Shown one piece after another: positions 21,195 through 31,913 of a stretch of 64,000 bases of DNA; the first letter of the stretch is position 1, and each line of letters begins with the position of its first letter. Source of the DNA: an uncultured Chloroflexia bacterium. GTDB taxonomy: Bacteria > Chloroflexota > Chloroflexia > QHBQ01 > JADMIH01. A model generated the notes under the pieces. The model did no database searches and was not told the origin of the DNA. It saw nothing but the letters and a program-made list of their open reading frames with translations. Where the stretch lies: NCBI GenBank assembly GCA_963797095.1, contig CAWCNY010000003.1, positions 544,001 to 608,000 of the forward strand. The letters are read 5' to 3'. The position numbers were made by a program, and so were the translations under genes.

Positions 21195-22596
21195 TGTACT
21201 GCGCCCTTGGTGTTGGACACAAATGGGGCTTAGGTTAGTCAATAGCCCCGACCGGCTGGGCTGACCGGCTAGCGGCGAGTGCGTCCTGGCTCCCCACGCC
21301 ACCACCCAGATATACCTGGTTGCAGCTCTGGTTGCGCTGAACCCACTGCGCCTCGAACTCAGCAGGGGTCATGTACCCCAGCGATGAGTGTATCCGCTTG
21401 TGCTGGTACACCTCGTCCAGGAACCGCCCGATCTGCTGGTAAGCATCATTGTAGTCGATGTATTCCGATAAATCTACCTCCTCTTCCTTGATGGTTCGAA
21501 TCACCCGTTCCGCGTACCCGTTCTGCCACGCCTGCCCCACCTCAGCCATGCTGATGGCAACTCCCGCTCCCACCAGCATCTGCACGTAGCCACCCGCCGC
21601 GTACTGTACTCCCTGGTCGGAGTGGTGGATTTGAGGAGTGCCAACGAGCAGTGCCCGCCGCAGTGCCGTTTCAGTAAGGTCAGCATCCAGCCACCGCGAG
21701 AGGTGCCACCCACGGATTGAGCGAGTGAACACATCCATGACCACAGCCAAGTAGACAAACTCGCTCCCGAGGCGCACGTAGGTGATGTCCCCGACCCAAA
21801 GCTGCTCTGGTCGCACCACCGCCAGCCCCTCTACCAGGTTGGGGTAGCGTGGGAACGAGTGGGCACTATTGGTCGTGCGCTTCTTACGGCGAGGGATGCG
21901 TCCTTGCAGGCCCATCTCACGCATCAACCGCCGCACTCGCTTGTGGTTGGCCCGAAGCTCGTACCCACCCGCTTCCTTGCTTCTGCGTAGCTGATGGGTG
22001 ATGCGCCTGTATCCATAGGTAGACCAGCGGTCAGCAACCGCTTGGATGGCCTCTTTTACCTCTTGGTCTGGCGCACTCTGGACCCGAGACGTGGTCTGAG
22101 CTTGAGTGTAATGGTAGTAGCTGCTGCGAGGGTAGTCCAGCAGACGGCAAACCAGCTGTACCGGGTAGCTCTCCTCTTGAACGAGCTTCACGACTGCCCG
22201 CCTTTTCTGCTCAGCTCTGCATTCAAGATCGCAGACCCCTTTTTTAGGATTTCCATCTCCAGAGTCATGCGTCCAACCAGCCTCTCCAACTCGGCTATCC
22301 GTTCTGCTTGTGGGTCGGCCACTCGTCCGGAAGGGCCGTTCTCGAAGAGCTTGGGGGCACTTGCCACGAAATCGGCTTTCCATCTGGACAGCAATTCGGG
22401 CTTGATGGAGTACTCGCGAGAGGCCTGAGCTACACTCTTGGCTCCTGTGAGGATTTCCAGCACTACCTGCGCTTTGAACTCGGCGCTGAAACTCCGCCGA
22501 TTTTGCATCTGAGGCATCTTGTTGCGCTCCTTTCCGTTCTTGGACCATCATACGACATTGATTATCCGCTGTGTCCAAGTCCCGGGGCGCACTACA
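21195..22596 (-). mobile_element. IS3-family element
   Basis: 26-bp imperfect IRs TGTACTGCGCCC..TTGGACAC / GTGTCCAA..GGGCGCACTACA; flanks differ (GGGG vs GAGG). Confidence 0.9.
21235..22517 (-). CDS. IS3 transposase OrfAB (orfA 22188-22517; -1 frameshift at A6G 22239-22245)
   Basis: RRSFSAEFK HTH; WVGDITY, HHSDQGVQY, NGYAER, RIHSSLGY. Confidence 0.9.
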
Positions 22597-23563
22597 GAGG
22601 TAACTCCATCGAGTGGAGAGTTAGCCCTCTCCCAGTGGATTCTGTCCCACTGTCCCCACGTAAAAGGGTCTCTGACCCCGGCCACGCCAGTAGTAAGCAA
22701 TGAACCTGGTGGAATGCAGGCCACGCAAGCGCCGCTGACTGGTAGCCTAAACCTGGTCATGCGCAAGGGGAAGTCAGATAGGTCAACGCAAGTGAACTGC
22801 CATCTAAAGCTTCGTGATTCGGCAAGAGTGCAATAAGGCTGAGACACTCTCACCAAAATGGTAAGTGGGTGGTCGAGCAAATCCAGTCGCTGCTCGACGA
22901 CAGGACACACTCCCACCGGAGCATAGGCAGGACCTTCCCTGGACGCATCTCAACACCTGGAACTACGGTAAGCCCGTTGAGTTCTCCACTTGGCATGCGG
23001 AGTAAGCCGACCGTAAGGAAGGCAGAATTACTCATCGGGTAAAAGACGCTGGAGCAAGCGAAGGCCCGCAGTAATGCGCGGGATAGGGGTTCTTTTCAAG
23101 ATTTGCCCCACGCCGAAAGGCGGCTGACTTCCAGCTAGCTTCTGACGATAGAACTAATGTGAAGGAACCAAACTGACGTGCAAGATAGAGTCACTTCTGA
23201 CATCGGAACGCCAGGATCTGCTTTCAGCGAGATACCCAAACAAGGCACTCCCATTGATTGGGACGCTATTGACTGGGCTATTGTTAACAATCGGGTCAGG
23301 AACCTGAGACAAAGGATTTATCGTGCGACCGCAGCGGGTCAGTGGAATCAGGTGCGCAGCCTGAAGAAGCTGATGATGCGCAGCTACGCAAACCTGCTAC
23401 TGTCAACGCGAAGAGTGACCATGGACAATCACGGCAAGAAAACGGCTGGCATTGATGGTCAGACTGCTCTTACCGCCAAAACCAGGACGCAAGTGATCCG
23501 CGAGATGCCGGAGTACAAACCACGACAGGTCAAACCAGCCCGGCGGATATATATACCTAAGGC

Positions 23564-25039
23564 TATTGGTGACAAGTTAAGGTAATCACAGGGATGTCAA
23601 ACAGCAGATTGAGCATGAGAAGCACGACAACGACGTTTCTGCTTGAGCAGGTCAAGGTCCTTGGCCTTGCGAGCCAGGTAGTCTACCACATCAAGCTCCA
23701 GGGTAGGGTCTCGCCCTTGCTCTCGCAGACGTTGACAGGCTTGCGTGTAATGGTACAATGCCCGGAACACCATCTCCAACGATATTGCCTTGAATGGCTG
23801 CCTTACCGCCTCAGCCACTGCGTCGGTGAGGTCCACCAGCACCGCATACAGTATCCAGGTGGCCCATACCTGCACCTGCACGGCGTTGGACGCTCCACAC
23901 CAGAAGTAGGCCAGTCCCAGCAGACGCTTGACGATGTTGAAGGCATCTTCCATGCGCCACCGCTCAGCATACAACGCCGCCACCTGCTCAGCCGGCAATC
24001 TGTGGGGGTCGGTCACGTTGGTCAGGTAGCGGTACCACTTGCCTTTCACCGATATTTCCACTACCCGCATCGGGTGAGCACAGCGTGTGGTGCCCTGACC
24101 CAACACCACTTCATAGTCGTGTATGCTGTCCGTCTGTTGCAGCACCCGCACCACTTGTATGGCCGCATTCGCCTTGAGAGGGGTCAGCATACTCACTCCT
24201 CGCTCGGTGAGGCGGTCGAAGAAGGTGTAGTTGACAAAGCCCATGTCAAACAAGGCCAACAGCCCACTCTCCAACGTCTCGATGATCCCGTCCCAGAAGA
24301 GTTGGTCGTGCGCCGCACTATCCGGTTCATAAATGATGTGCACAGGCAAGCGAGAACACAGGTCGAGCACCCCCGCGATGCGCCCACCCAACAGGGCCGA
24401 GTGCTTGTCAGGGAGCTCTTGCAGCAGACCCACTTTACGCAGCAAAGTGTCAAGGGTGGACCCATCGAAAGCCACCACACCCGTGTAATGCCCCTTGGCC
24501 CAGGTGAGCACGCTTGGCAAGGGGCGCACTCGAGCGTGCCAGCGGTCATGCATGAGGGGCAGCACATCCAGGAGCACCTGCCTGAACAGCGAGGCGGGCA
24601 TAGTCCTCAGACGCTGGTTTACAGCTTGTTGCGACACCGACACAGGAGGCACCCACAGTACTCCATCTTCATGCAGTACCCTCACGGCTTCTCGCACCGA
24701 GCCGATCTGACGCCAGATCATGCTCAACGCGAAGGCCATCATCACCGGCAAAGTCAGGATGCGGTGGCGCAAGCCCATGACCTGATAGGCAGCTATCTGG
24801 GCATAGGTAGCAGGGTGGATAAGTTCAGTCAGCCTCTGCTCCACTGCAGCGGCAGGCGGTCCCACAGTAGGACGCTTGGAGCGGTCCCGCTGTATAGCGC
24901 GAGTATGGCGGACGCTGCTGTTCTTTGGTTTGGAAGGGTTGGAAGATGTGCTCATGCATGATTCTACCCAACCTCTCGACCCAAATCCAGCAGCAAAACA
25001 GCTTGACATCATGCACATGACCTTAACTTGTCACCAATA
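23564..25039 (-). mobile_element. IS4-family element
   Basis: Perfect 20-bp IRs TATTGGTGACAAGTTAAGGT; 9-bp TSD ACCTAAGGC at 23555-23563 and 25040-25048. Confidence 0.93.
23597..25018 (-). CDS. IS4-family transposase
   Basis: FDGST, FDMGF, YLTN, Y..RW.ME..F..VK (YREK signature). Confidence 0.9.
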   Translation of the reverse strand: MCMMSSCFAAGFGSRGWVESCMSTSSNPSKPKNSSVRHTRAIQRDRSKRPTVGPPAAAVEQRLTELIHPATYAQIAAYQVMGLRHRILTLPVMMAFALSMIWRQIGSVREAVRVLHEDGVLWVPPVSVSQQAVNQRLRTMPASLFRQVLLDVLPLMHDRWHARVRPLPSVLTWAKGHYTGVVAFDGSTLDTLLRKVGLLQELPDKHSALLGGRIAGVLDLCSRLPVHIIYEPDSAAHDQLFWDGIIETLESGLLALFDMGFVNYTFFDRLTERGVSMLTPLKANAAIQVVRVLQQTDSIHDYEVVLGQGTTRCAHPMRVVEISVKGKWYRYLTNVTDPHRLPAEQVAALYAERWRMEDAFNIVKRLLGLAYFWCGASNAVQVQVWATWILYAVLVDLTDAVAEAVRQPFKAISLEMVFRALYHYTQACQRLREQGRDPTLELDVVDYLARKAKDLDLLKQKRRCRASHAQSAV

Positions 25040-25574
25040 ACCTAAGGCCAATGGCAAACAAAGGCCGATCGGCATCCAAACTCTCAAAGACCGCATCGCG
25101 CAGGCAGTTATCAAGAACGCACTGGAACCAAGTTGGGAGGCCCAATTCGAGCCGAACAGCTATGGCTTTCGTCCGGGCCGCAATTGTCATGATGCCATCG
25201 TGCAATGCTGGAACTGGTTTAAGGGCGCAAACGGACACAGCTTTGTGCTCGACGCCGATATCCGGGGTGCGTTCGACAATATCAGTCAGGAATATATCCT
25301 CGACGCCATTGGCCAAACGCCGGGACGCGAGTGGATAGAAGCATGGCTGAAGGCAGGCTATGTAGAGGCCGAGATCTTCCACGCCACTGAGAGTGGTACC
25401 TCACAAGGCTCTGTCGTCTCACCATTACTCGCCAACATTGCCTTGGACGGTATGGAACGCTGGCTTGGTCAATGGACTAACCAGCGAACTTACACCAACA
25501 AGCGCGGCAAACAGGTGGGATGTGTACATAAACAGGCTAATCCACGCTACGGTTACATCCGTTTTGCGGACGAC

Positions 25575-28081
25575 GTGCGCCACATAACCAAGATAATGGA
25601 TTCCTTTCGCAGAAAGGGGAGGTACGGAAGACAAGACCTCCGGGTCAACAGCTTACCTGGAAGCGAAAGCTGAAGGGAACAGTAGCATGCTGCTGAAGCG
25701 GAAGATACTTGAAGATGCTTAGGGTATCGTTCTGCAAGACCCGCGTGATATGGTGAGAGCCAAACTGCCCAAACCTTAGTCTCCAGCGATGCAAGCGAAT
25801 ATTCTCCGACCATAGCATCTATTGGCGGAGCCATTGTGATAGGGCGGTTAAGTCGTCGCCGCCTGAACCTTTCGCACAATGGGCGGTCAGGAACGACCTG
25901 ACTCAAGGAGACGGAACAGGCACCTACGTCACGCTCGATACGTCCATAACCTTGGGAATGTGGGATCGCCTACAGGGCGCGAGCCCCATGGCGACGGAGC
26001 CACCATATTACTCCGAGGACGGGAAAGCCGTCTACATGGCAACATAGCAACATAGCAACATAGCAACATGGCAATGCCTTGCAAAGAAGATAAGTTGCCA
26101 ATGGGGAAGGGTGGCAGGTGTTGTGAGACCCAATCAGGGAGGTACGCGAGATGCGAAACGCCGAAACTGTGCTGGGGATCATCCATGAACGCGGCAAGAA
26201 GGGCTTGCCATTGGAGGACGTGTACCGGCAACTGTTCAACCCAGACTTGTATCTACTCGCTTATGGGCATATCTACCGCAATAACGGGGCTATGACACCT
26301 GGCGTAACAGACGAAACTGTGGATGGGATGTCGCTGGCCAAGATCGAAGCCATCATCGGTGCACTACGACAGGAACGATATCGATGGACGCCAGTACGAC
26401 GCGTGTACATCGCCAAGAGAAACTCGACCAAAAGGCGTGGGCTAGGAATCCCTTCTTGGTCGGATAAGCTGTTGCAAGAAGTGATACGCCTTATCCTACA
26501 GGCATATTACGAACCGCAATTCAGCCCGGCCTCACACGGCTTTCGCCCTCAACGTGGGTGTCACACCGCGCTAAGCGAGATCCAACATAAGTGGGTAGGC
26601 ACAAAATGGTGGGTGGAAGGCGATATCAGAGCGTGCTTCGACACTCTGGACCACACAGTCCTGATATCAATCCTACGCGAGAAGATCTTCGACAATCGCT
26701 TCTTACGCTTGATCGAACGCCTCCTGCAAGCCGGATACCTGGAAGAATGGCGTTATCACTGCACCCTGAGTGGAAGCCCACAAGGTGCCGTGCTCAGCCC
26801 CGTTCTTTCGAACATCTACATGGACAAGTTGGACCAGTTTGTCGAGAAGACACTGCTTCCCAGGTACACGTGCGGAAACCGTCGTAGACTTAATCCTGAA
26901 TGGCAACGGCGACAACAGCTTGCTCGGCAATTGAAGGAACATGGTGACAAGAAAGAGGCCTGCAAAATGCGTCGTCTGATGCAGCAGGTCCCCTCCTTGG
27001 ACACACACGACCCCAACTACCGACGCCTGCGTTACTGTCGTTACGCCGATGATTGGCTACTCGGTTTCAGCGGCCCACGAGAAGAAGCCCAGGAAATCAA
27101 GTCTGCAATCCGGGACTTCTTACGAGAGGATCTCAAGTTGGAACTCTCTGAGGAAAAGACGCTGATTACCCATGCGCGGACCAAAGCTGCGCATTTCCTG
27201 GGCTATGATATCGTGGTGCTCAATAACGACCACAAGCTGGATCGCCGAGGTCACCGCAGCATCAACGGCGGGATCGGACTGAAAGTACCAGCAGAGGTTG
27301 TGAAAGTGAAATGCAAACGCTATCTGCGCCACGCCAAACCGATCCACCGACCGGAACTTGAACACGATGCTGTCTTCAGTATCGTGGCACAATACCAGCA
27401 GGAGTACCGGGGTCTCGTGGAATACTATCGACTGGCCTTCAACCTTCACAAACTCAACCAACTGAAATGGCTAATGGAACGCTCCCTGGCACAGACACTG
27501 GCCTCAAAACTCAAGATCAGTGTCCGATCTATCTACAAGCGATACCACACCTTAGTACGGACAGATCAGGGAACACGTGCAATCCTCGAAGTCAGGGTAG
27601 AGCGTGATGAGGGCGATCGTGATAAGGGCGATAAAGGAAGAAAACCGTTGATAGCGCGGTGGGGCGGTATTTCACTCGCACGCAACTCCAAGGCAATACT
27701 GAACGACGCGCCCCTACAAATCAGCGGACCGAGAGCGGAACTCGAACGACGCCTCTTGGCACAAGCTTGTGAGCTTTGTGGTTCACGAGAAAACATCGAG
27801 GTGCATCATGTACGAGCACTCAAAGATCTACGGACCAAAGGACGCGCAGAACCGCCTTTCTGGATGCAGGTGATGGCAGCTCGCAAGCGCAAGACGCTGG
27901 TGGTCTGTCGCGAGTGCCACGATAGCATTCATGCTGGTCGCAACACTCAAACTGCTGCCGTGAAAGCCGCGAGAAGGAAAACACTGGAGAGCCGGGTACT
28001 CCGAAAGGCGTAAGCCCGGTTCGGGGAGAGGCGGACAGAAAAGAGCTGCGCAAGCAGCACCTCGCTGGCCGCCCACTCCAC
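25575..28081 (+). mobile_element. Group II intron (ML/IIA-like), apparently intact, nested in the outer intron
   Basis: GTGCG 5' end at 25575, domain V 27989-28022, ends CCAC at 28081; removal restores FADD|FII. Confidence 0.93.
26151..28013 (+). CDS. ltrA: Group II intron reverse transcriptase/maturase with HNH domain
   Basis: SHGFRP, GSPQG, RYADD, FLGY, CELC..HHV..CRECH. Confidence 0.93.
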   Translation: MRNAETVLGIIHERGKKGLPLEDVYRQLFNPDLYLLAYGHIYRNNGAMTPGVTDETVDGMSLAKIEAIIGALRQERYRWTPVRRVYIAKRNSTKRRGLGIPSWSDKLLQEVIRLILQAYYEPQFSPASHGFRPQRGCHTALSEIQHKWVGTKWWVEGDIRACFDTLDHTVLISILREKIFDNRFLRLIERLLQAGYLEEWRYHCTLSGSPQGAVLSPVLSNIYMDKLDQFVEKTLLPRYTCGNRRRLNPEWQRRQQLARQLKEHGDKKEACKMRRLMQQVPSLDTHDPNYRRLRYCRYADDWLLGFSGPREEAQEIKSAIRDFLREDLKLELSEEKTLITHARTKAAHFLGYDIVVLNNDHKLDRRGHRSINGGIGLKVPAEVVKVKCKRYLRHAKPIHRPELEHDAVFSIVAQYQQEYRGLVEYYRLAFNLHKLNQLKWLMERSLAQTLASKLKISVRSIYKRYHTLVRTDQGTRAILEVRVERDEGDRDKGDKGRKPLIARWGGISLARNSKAILNDAPLQISGPRAELERRLLAQACELCGSRENIEVHHVRALKDLRTKGRAEPPFWMQVMAARKRKTLVVCRECHDSIHAGRNTQTAAVKAARRKTLESRVLRKA

Positions 28082-29606
28082 TTCATCATAACAGCAGCCA
28101 CGAGGGAGGAAATCGAGGCTATTCAACCTCATGTGGTAGCCTGGCTGGCCGAGCGCGGACTCGAACTCAACACCGAGAAAACCCATATCCGCAACATTGC
28201 AGATGGTTTCGACTTCTTGGGTTTCAACATCCGTCGCTACGGCACGAAATGCCTAATCAAGCCCCAGAAGGAAAAGGTGCAGACCAAACTGCGTGAAATC
28301 AAGCAGTGGCTGGTCACGCATCCGAACGTTGGTCCCGACGACGTGATTGACGTGCTAAACCCGATTCTGAGGGGTTGGGCGAACTACTACAAGCATGGGG
28401 TGAGCAAGAAGATGTTCGCCACCTTCAGCCACCGGTTAGTGTTACTACTTATCCGATGGGCGAGACGGCGACACCCGGGTAAGGGTCCACGGTGGGTACT
28501 TCCGCGTTACTTCACGAGAGTAGGCGGGAACAACTGGGTCTTCTACGCCAAGACAAAGAACCGGCACGGTAAGATGACGAAGACCTATCTGTATCGGATA
28601 GGGCAGACGCCAATTACTCGCCACATCAAAGTCAAAGGCGCAGCATCCCCAGACGACCCAACGCTGGGCGAATACTGGGCGGCACGGCAGACAAGATATG
28701 GCAAAAGCTATTTTGCTGTGGGGTCAAAGCTATACCGGGTAGCCGCAAAGCAGCACTGGCGATGTCCCCTGTGCCGAATGCACTTGTTCAATGAAGAGCG
28801 TATTCATATTCACCATGAGCAATCGGTAGCAGACGGTGGAACAGATGAGGAGGAAAACCTCAGCATCTTACACGAAGTCTGCCACCGCGCAACATTTGGT
28901 AGAAGACCCGCAGTAAAGTCGGTGGAAGCCTGAGCCGGATGATCGGCGACGGTCTTGTCCGGTTCTGTGAGGAGGGAGGCGGGGCGACCCGCTCTCCCTT
29001 ACTCGATAAGTACCTGCTCTGCCTTGAACTGACCGACCCTGGTTTTGACCATACCGTGTTCAGCGAGTTTCGCACTCGCCTGTTGGATCACAACGCTGAG
29101 CGCCAACTGTTCGACACCATGCTTGCACTCGCTCAAGACCGGGGTCTGCTCAAAGCCGGTGGCCGTCAGCGCAGCGACTTAACTCATGTCCTAAGTGCTG
29201 CACGCACCCTCAACCGGCTGGAATGTGTTACCGAAACCCTACGTCACGCCCTCAATGTGCTAGCGACCTCCGTCCCGCAGTGGCTACGAGCACACACTAC
29301 ACCAGAGTGGGTGGAGCGCTATGGCTTACGTGCCAGTGAATTTCGGCTGCCCAAAGGCGATGCCAAACGGCTGGCGTGGGTTGAGCAAGTTGGGCGCGAT
29401 GGGATGGCCTTGCTCGATGCCATCTACGCAGCAGACCCGGCAGACCCGGCAGACCCGGCAAATGGTCCAACTCCAGCCTCTTTGCGCGAGGTGCGGGGTC
29501 TTGAGTAGGTGCAGATACTGCGCCGGGTTTGGATCCAGAAGTTCTGGATGAACCAGGATCAATTGCAATGGCGCGACAACGACAACACCCCACCAAGCGG
29601 CACTTA

Positions 29607-30893
29607 GGAGCCTTCCGCAGATAAGGTGATCAAAGTAGCTGAGGCTTGATAGTGTAGTTCCATTCCCCGTGGAAGGCATCTTTGAACAGATTGAGGGCAG
29701 CCACTTGCTCATCAGTGACCTTGATCCCTGTCGGATATGCATGGCTGTCCTTGAGCGCCCTCACCACTAACCCCTCTTGGGTGGTAGTATGCGAGATCAG
29801 TTCCAACACCACTTCCATAGACGTGAGCGGGGTGGCCCGCCAATTTATTGATATGTACGAAAACACTCGATGCTCTATCTTGTTCCATTTGCTGGTAGCA
29901 GGGGGATAATGCGCCACCGTGATGGCCAGTTGTTCTTCATTGGCCAGTGCCTGTAGCTTTTGCTTCCACAGGCGGTTTCTCACCCCATTGGAGCCTCCTC
30001 CATCAGCGGTGATCAGCAGTTCCTTTTTGCCTGGATAGAGGGTTTTGCCCCACTTCTGCCACCACCTGCGGATACTCTCCACCGCAAACTCAGCCGTATC
30101 ATGGTCAATACCCACATTCACAAACCCCACGTTCACAAACCCCACGTTATGCACCAGGTCATATATCCCGTAGGGGATGGCCTTGCCATCGGCCAGGGAA
30201 ACAAAGTCATACACCGATACCACCCTCTCTTCCCCTTGAGCCTGCCATTCCCGTCCGTTGTTCCTGAACTGGCCTATCAACTCCTTCTTCTTGCAGTCAA
30301 CGGAGATGATAGGAGCGCCTTTGTGTTCAAACTCTTTGCACCGAGCGTTGATGTGAGTAAATTGCTCATCCCGGTCAGGGTGCGATTGGCCTTCGATATT
30401 CTTCTTGTTGACGCGCAGAGAAAATCTCTGCTCGTGCAGCAATTCGGCCAGTGCTGACTTCTTGATGTGATGCCCTTTGCCTTCAAGGGCTTGCACCAGG
30501 TGTGCCAACGATTTGGTGGTCCATCGTACAAGGCTCATCGGGTCACCCTTGGGTTCCAATTCCCTCTCCAGATCGGGGAGCAGGGTGGGATCGGTCTGTG
30601 CAAGCTTTTTCATGCCCCCACCAGGCTTGCGGATGCGTTCTCCTGGTTGATAGTTGTCCCCTGCCTCCCGTTCTTTCAGACCCCGCTTGACCGTGTTGAG
30701 GGAGACCCCTGCCTCCCGAGCTACTGTGCTGGTGCTTCCTCTGCGTTGAGCCTCGGCTGCCAGGTACTGTCTCCACTGCTTCTCATTTAGCAGTGTCCGA
30801 AGCTGTTGGTATTCTTGTTCGGTCGAGAGCTTTTCCATACTCTCTATCTTCGCATATCTCCCTCTCTATGTCAACTAATTCTCGGAAGGCTCC
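29607..30893 (-). mobile_element. ISAzo13-family element
   Basis: IRs GGAGCCTTCCG / CGGAAGGCTCC; 3-bp TSD TTA at 29604-29606 and 30894-30896. Confidence 0.92.
29630..30838 (-). CDS. ISAzo13-family transposase
   Basis: GDPMS..RWT, ISVDCKKKELIG, ADGGGSNG, SKWNKIEHR, FHGEWNYTI. Confidence 0.93.
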   Translation of the reverse strand: MEKLSTEQEYQQLRTLLNEKQWRQYLAAEAQRRGSTSTVAREAGVSLNTVKRGLKEREAGDNYQPGERIRKPGGGMKKLAQTDPTLLPDLERELEPKGDPMSLVRWTTKSLAHLVQALEGKGHHIKKSALAELLHEQRFSLRVNKKNIEGQSHPDRDEQFTHINARCKEFEHKGAPIISVDCKKKELIGQFRNNGREWQAQGEERVVSVYDFVSLADGKAIPYGIYDLVHNVGFVNVGFVNVGIDHDTAEFAVESIRRWWQKWGKTLYPGKKELLITADGGGSNGVRNRLWKQKLQALANEEQLAITVAHYPPATSKWNKIEHRVFSYISINWRATPLTSMEVVLELISHTTTQEGLVVRALKDSHAYPTGIKVTDEQVAALNLFKDAFHGEWNYTIKPQLL

Positions 30894-31913
30894 TTACATC
30901 AACTCGCCTTATGACATTGATATACGCTACGCTCACAAAGGCTCCATCACCTGGACCGGCTTCAAGGTGCATCTGACCGAGACTTGTGACGATGAAGGAC
31001 CAAACTTGATTACCAACGTTGAAACCACTTCGGCCTCAGTAGCGGATGACGCTGTAACCGGGTCAATTCATGCTTCTTTGGCTGAGCACCAGTTGCTACC
31101 CGACAAGCATGTCGCCGACACGGGGTTCGTCAATTCGAAGCTGTTCGTCGAGAGTACACAAGAATACGGCATCACCCGGATCGGTCCGATGCGCTCTGAC
31201 AACAATTGGCAGGCTAAAGAAGGAGGCGGTTTCTCGGCACAGGACTTTGTGATTGATTGGGCGCAACAACGAGCCATCTGTCCACAAGGCCAAGTCAGCA
31301 GCAGTTGGACCAAAGCACTAGACCGTGTGAAGAACGAGGTCATCAAGATCAAGTTTGGCAAGCACGAATGTGGGGTCTGTCCGAGCGTAGCAAGATGCAC
31401 GCGATCAGACCCGCCGCGACGAAGCATCAGTATCAGACCGCAAGCGCAGCACGAGGCATTGGTGGCTGGACGGCGACATGAACAAAGTGAGGAATTCAAG
31501 CAAGAATATGCGCGACGGGCGGGGGTAGAAGGGACAATTGCGCAAGGGGTGCGGTCGTGCGGGCTGCGTGGTTCGCGCTACTATGGATTGGCAAAGAACC
31601 ATCTACAACACCTGATGATAGCGGCGGGAATAAACCTGATAAGGATTGTACGCTGGCTCATGGGCGAGGAGAAGGCCAAAACTCCTGTGTCTGCGTTCGC
31701 ACGTTTGTATCAGCAGGCCGCATGATCACTATTCGCCACCAATATCAAAGTGCGGATGAACCCCTTTCCCCTTTTTCGTTATCAAATGGCTCCCTTTTCT
31801 ATTGACAAAATCACCAGTTCAGCGAAGAGCAGATAATTGGGATCCTGCGGGAAGCCGAGGCAGGTCAGAAAGTGGCCGATGTCTGCCGCAAGTACGGAGT
31901 AAGCCAGAGCACC

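Larger units (their letters stand above)
23178..28933 (+). pseudogene. Outer intron RT/maturase/HNH split in three pieces (23178-23563, 25049-25574, 28082-28933)
   Basis: Pieces rejoin in frame to 587 aa: WDAIDW, GKKTAGIDG, YGFRPGR, GTSQG, RFADD|FII, GFDFLGF, GWANYY, C-terminal HNH-like motif. Confidence 0.9.
22597..29007 (+). mobile_element. Group II intron (CL/IIB-like), 5'-truncated, host of IS4 and a second intron
   Basis: Domain V GAGCCGGATG..GTCCGGTTC 28932-28965, domain VI ending ACTCGAT at 29007; EBS1 hairpin 22872-22898; no GTGCG 5' end. Confidence 0.85.
29008..31725 (+). pseudogene. IS1182-family transposase remnant (5' lost, TAG at 29506, split by ISAzo13); element end at ~31746
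   Basis: KYLLCLELTDPGFDHTVFSEFR; rejoined PSGT|YINSPYD; GFKVHLTETC; RAGVEGTI. Confidence 0.88.
15459..31813. mobile_element. IS21-family shell (ends only, istAB lost)
   Basis: Left end TGTTTCTGATAATG|TAAAAGGGG (split by IS701); right end ...ATGGCTCCCTTTTCTATTGACAAAATCA; 6-bp TSD CCAGTT at 15453-15458 and 31814-31819. Confidence 0.85.

Noticed and set aside
28939-29508. Stand-alone 189-aa gene
   Set aside because: First 23 codons are intron domains V/VI; the rest is the IS1182 remnant
30842-30855. CTCTATCTTCGCA resembling the IS701 IR
   Set aside because: Lies in the ISAzo13 leader with no TSD or partner; probably chance
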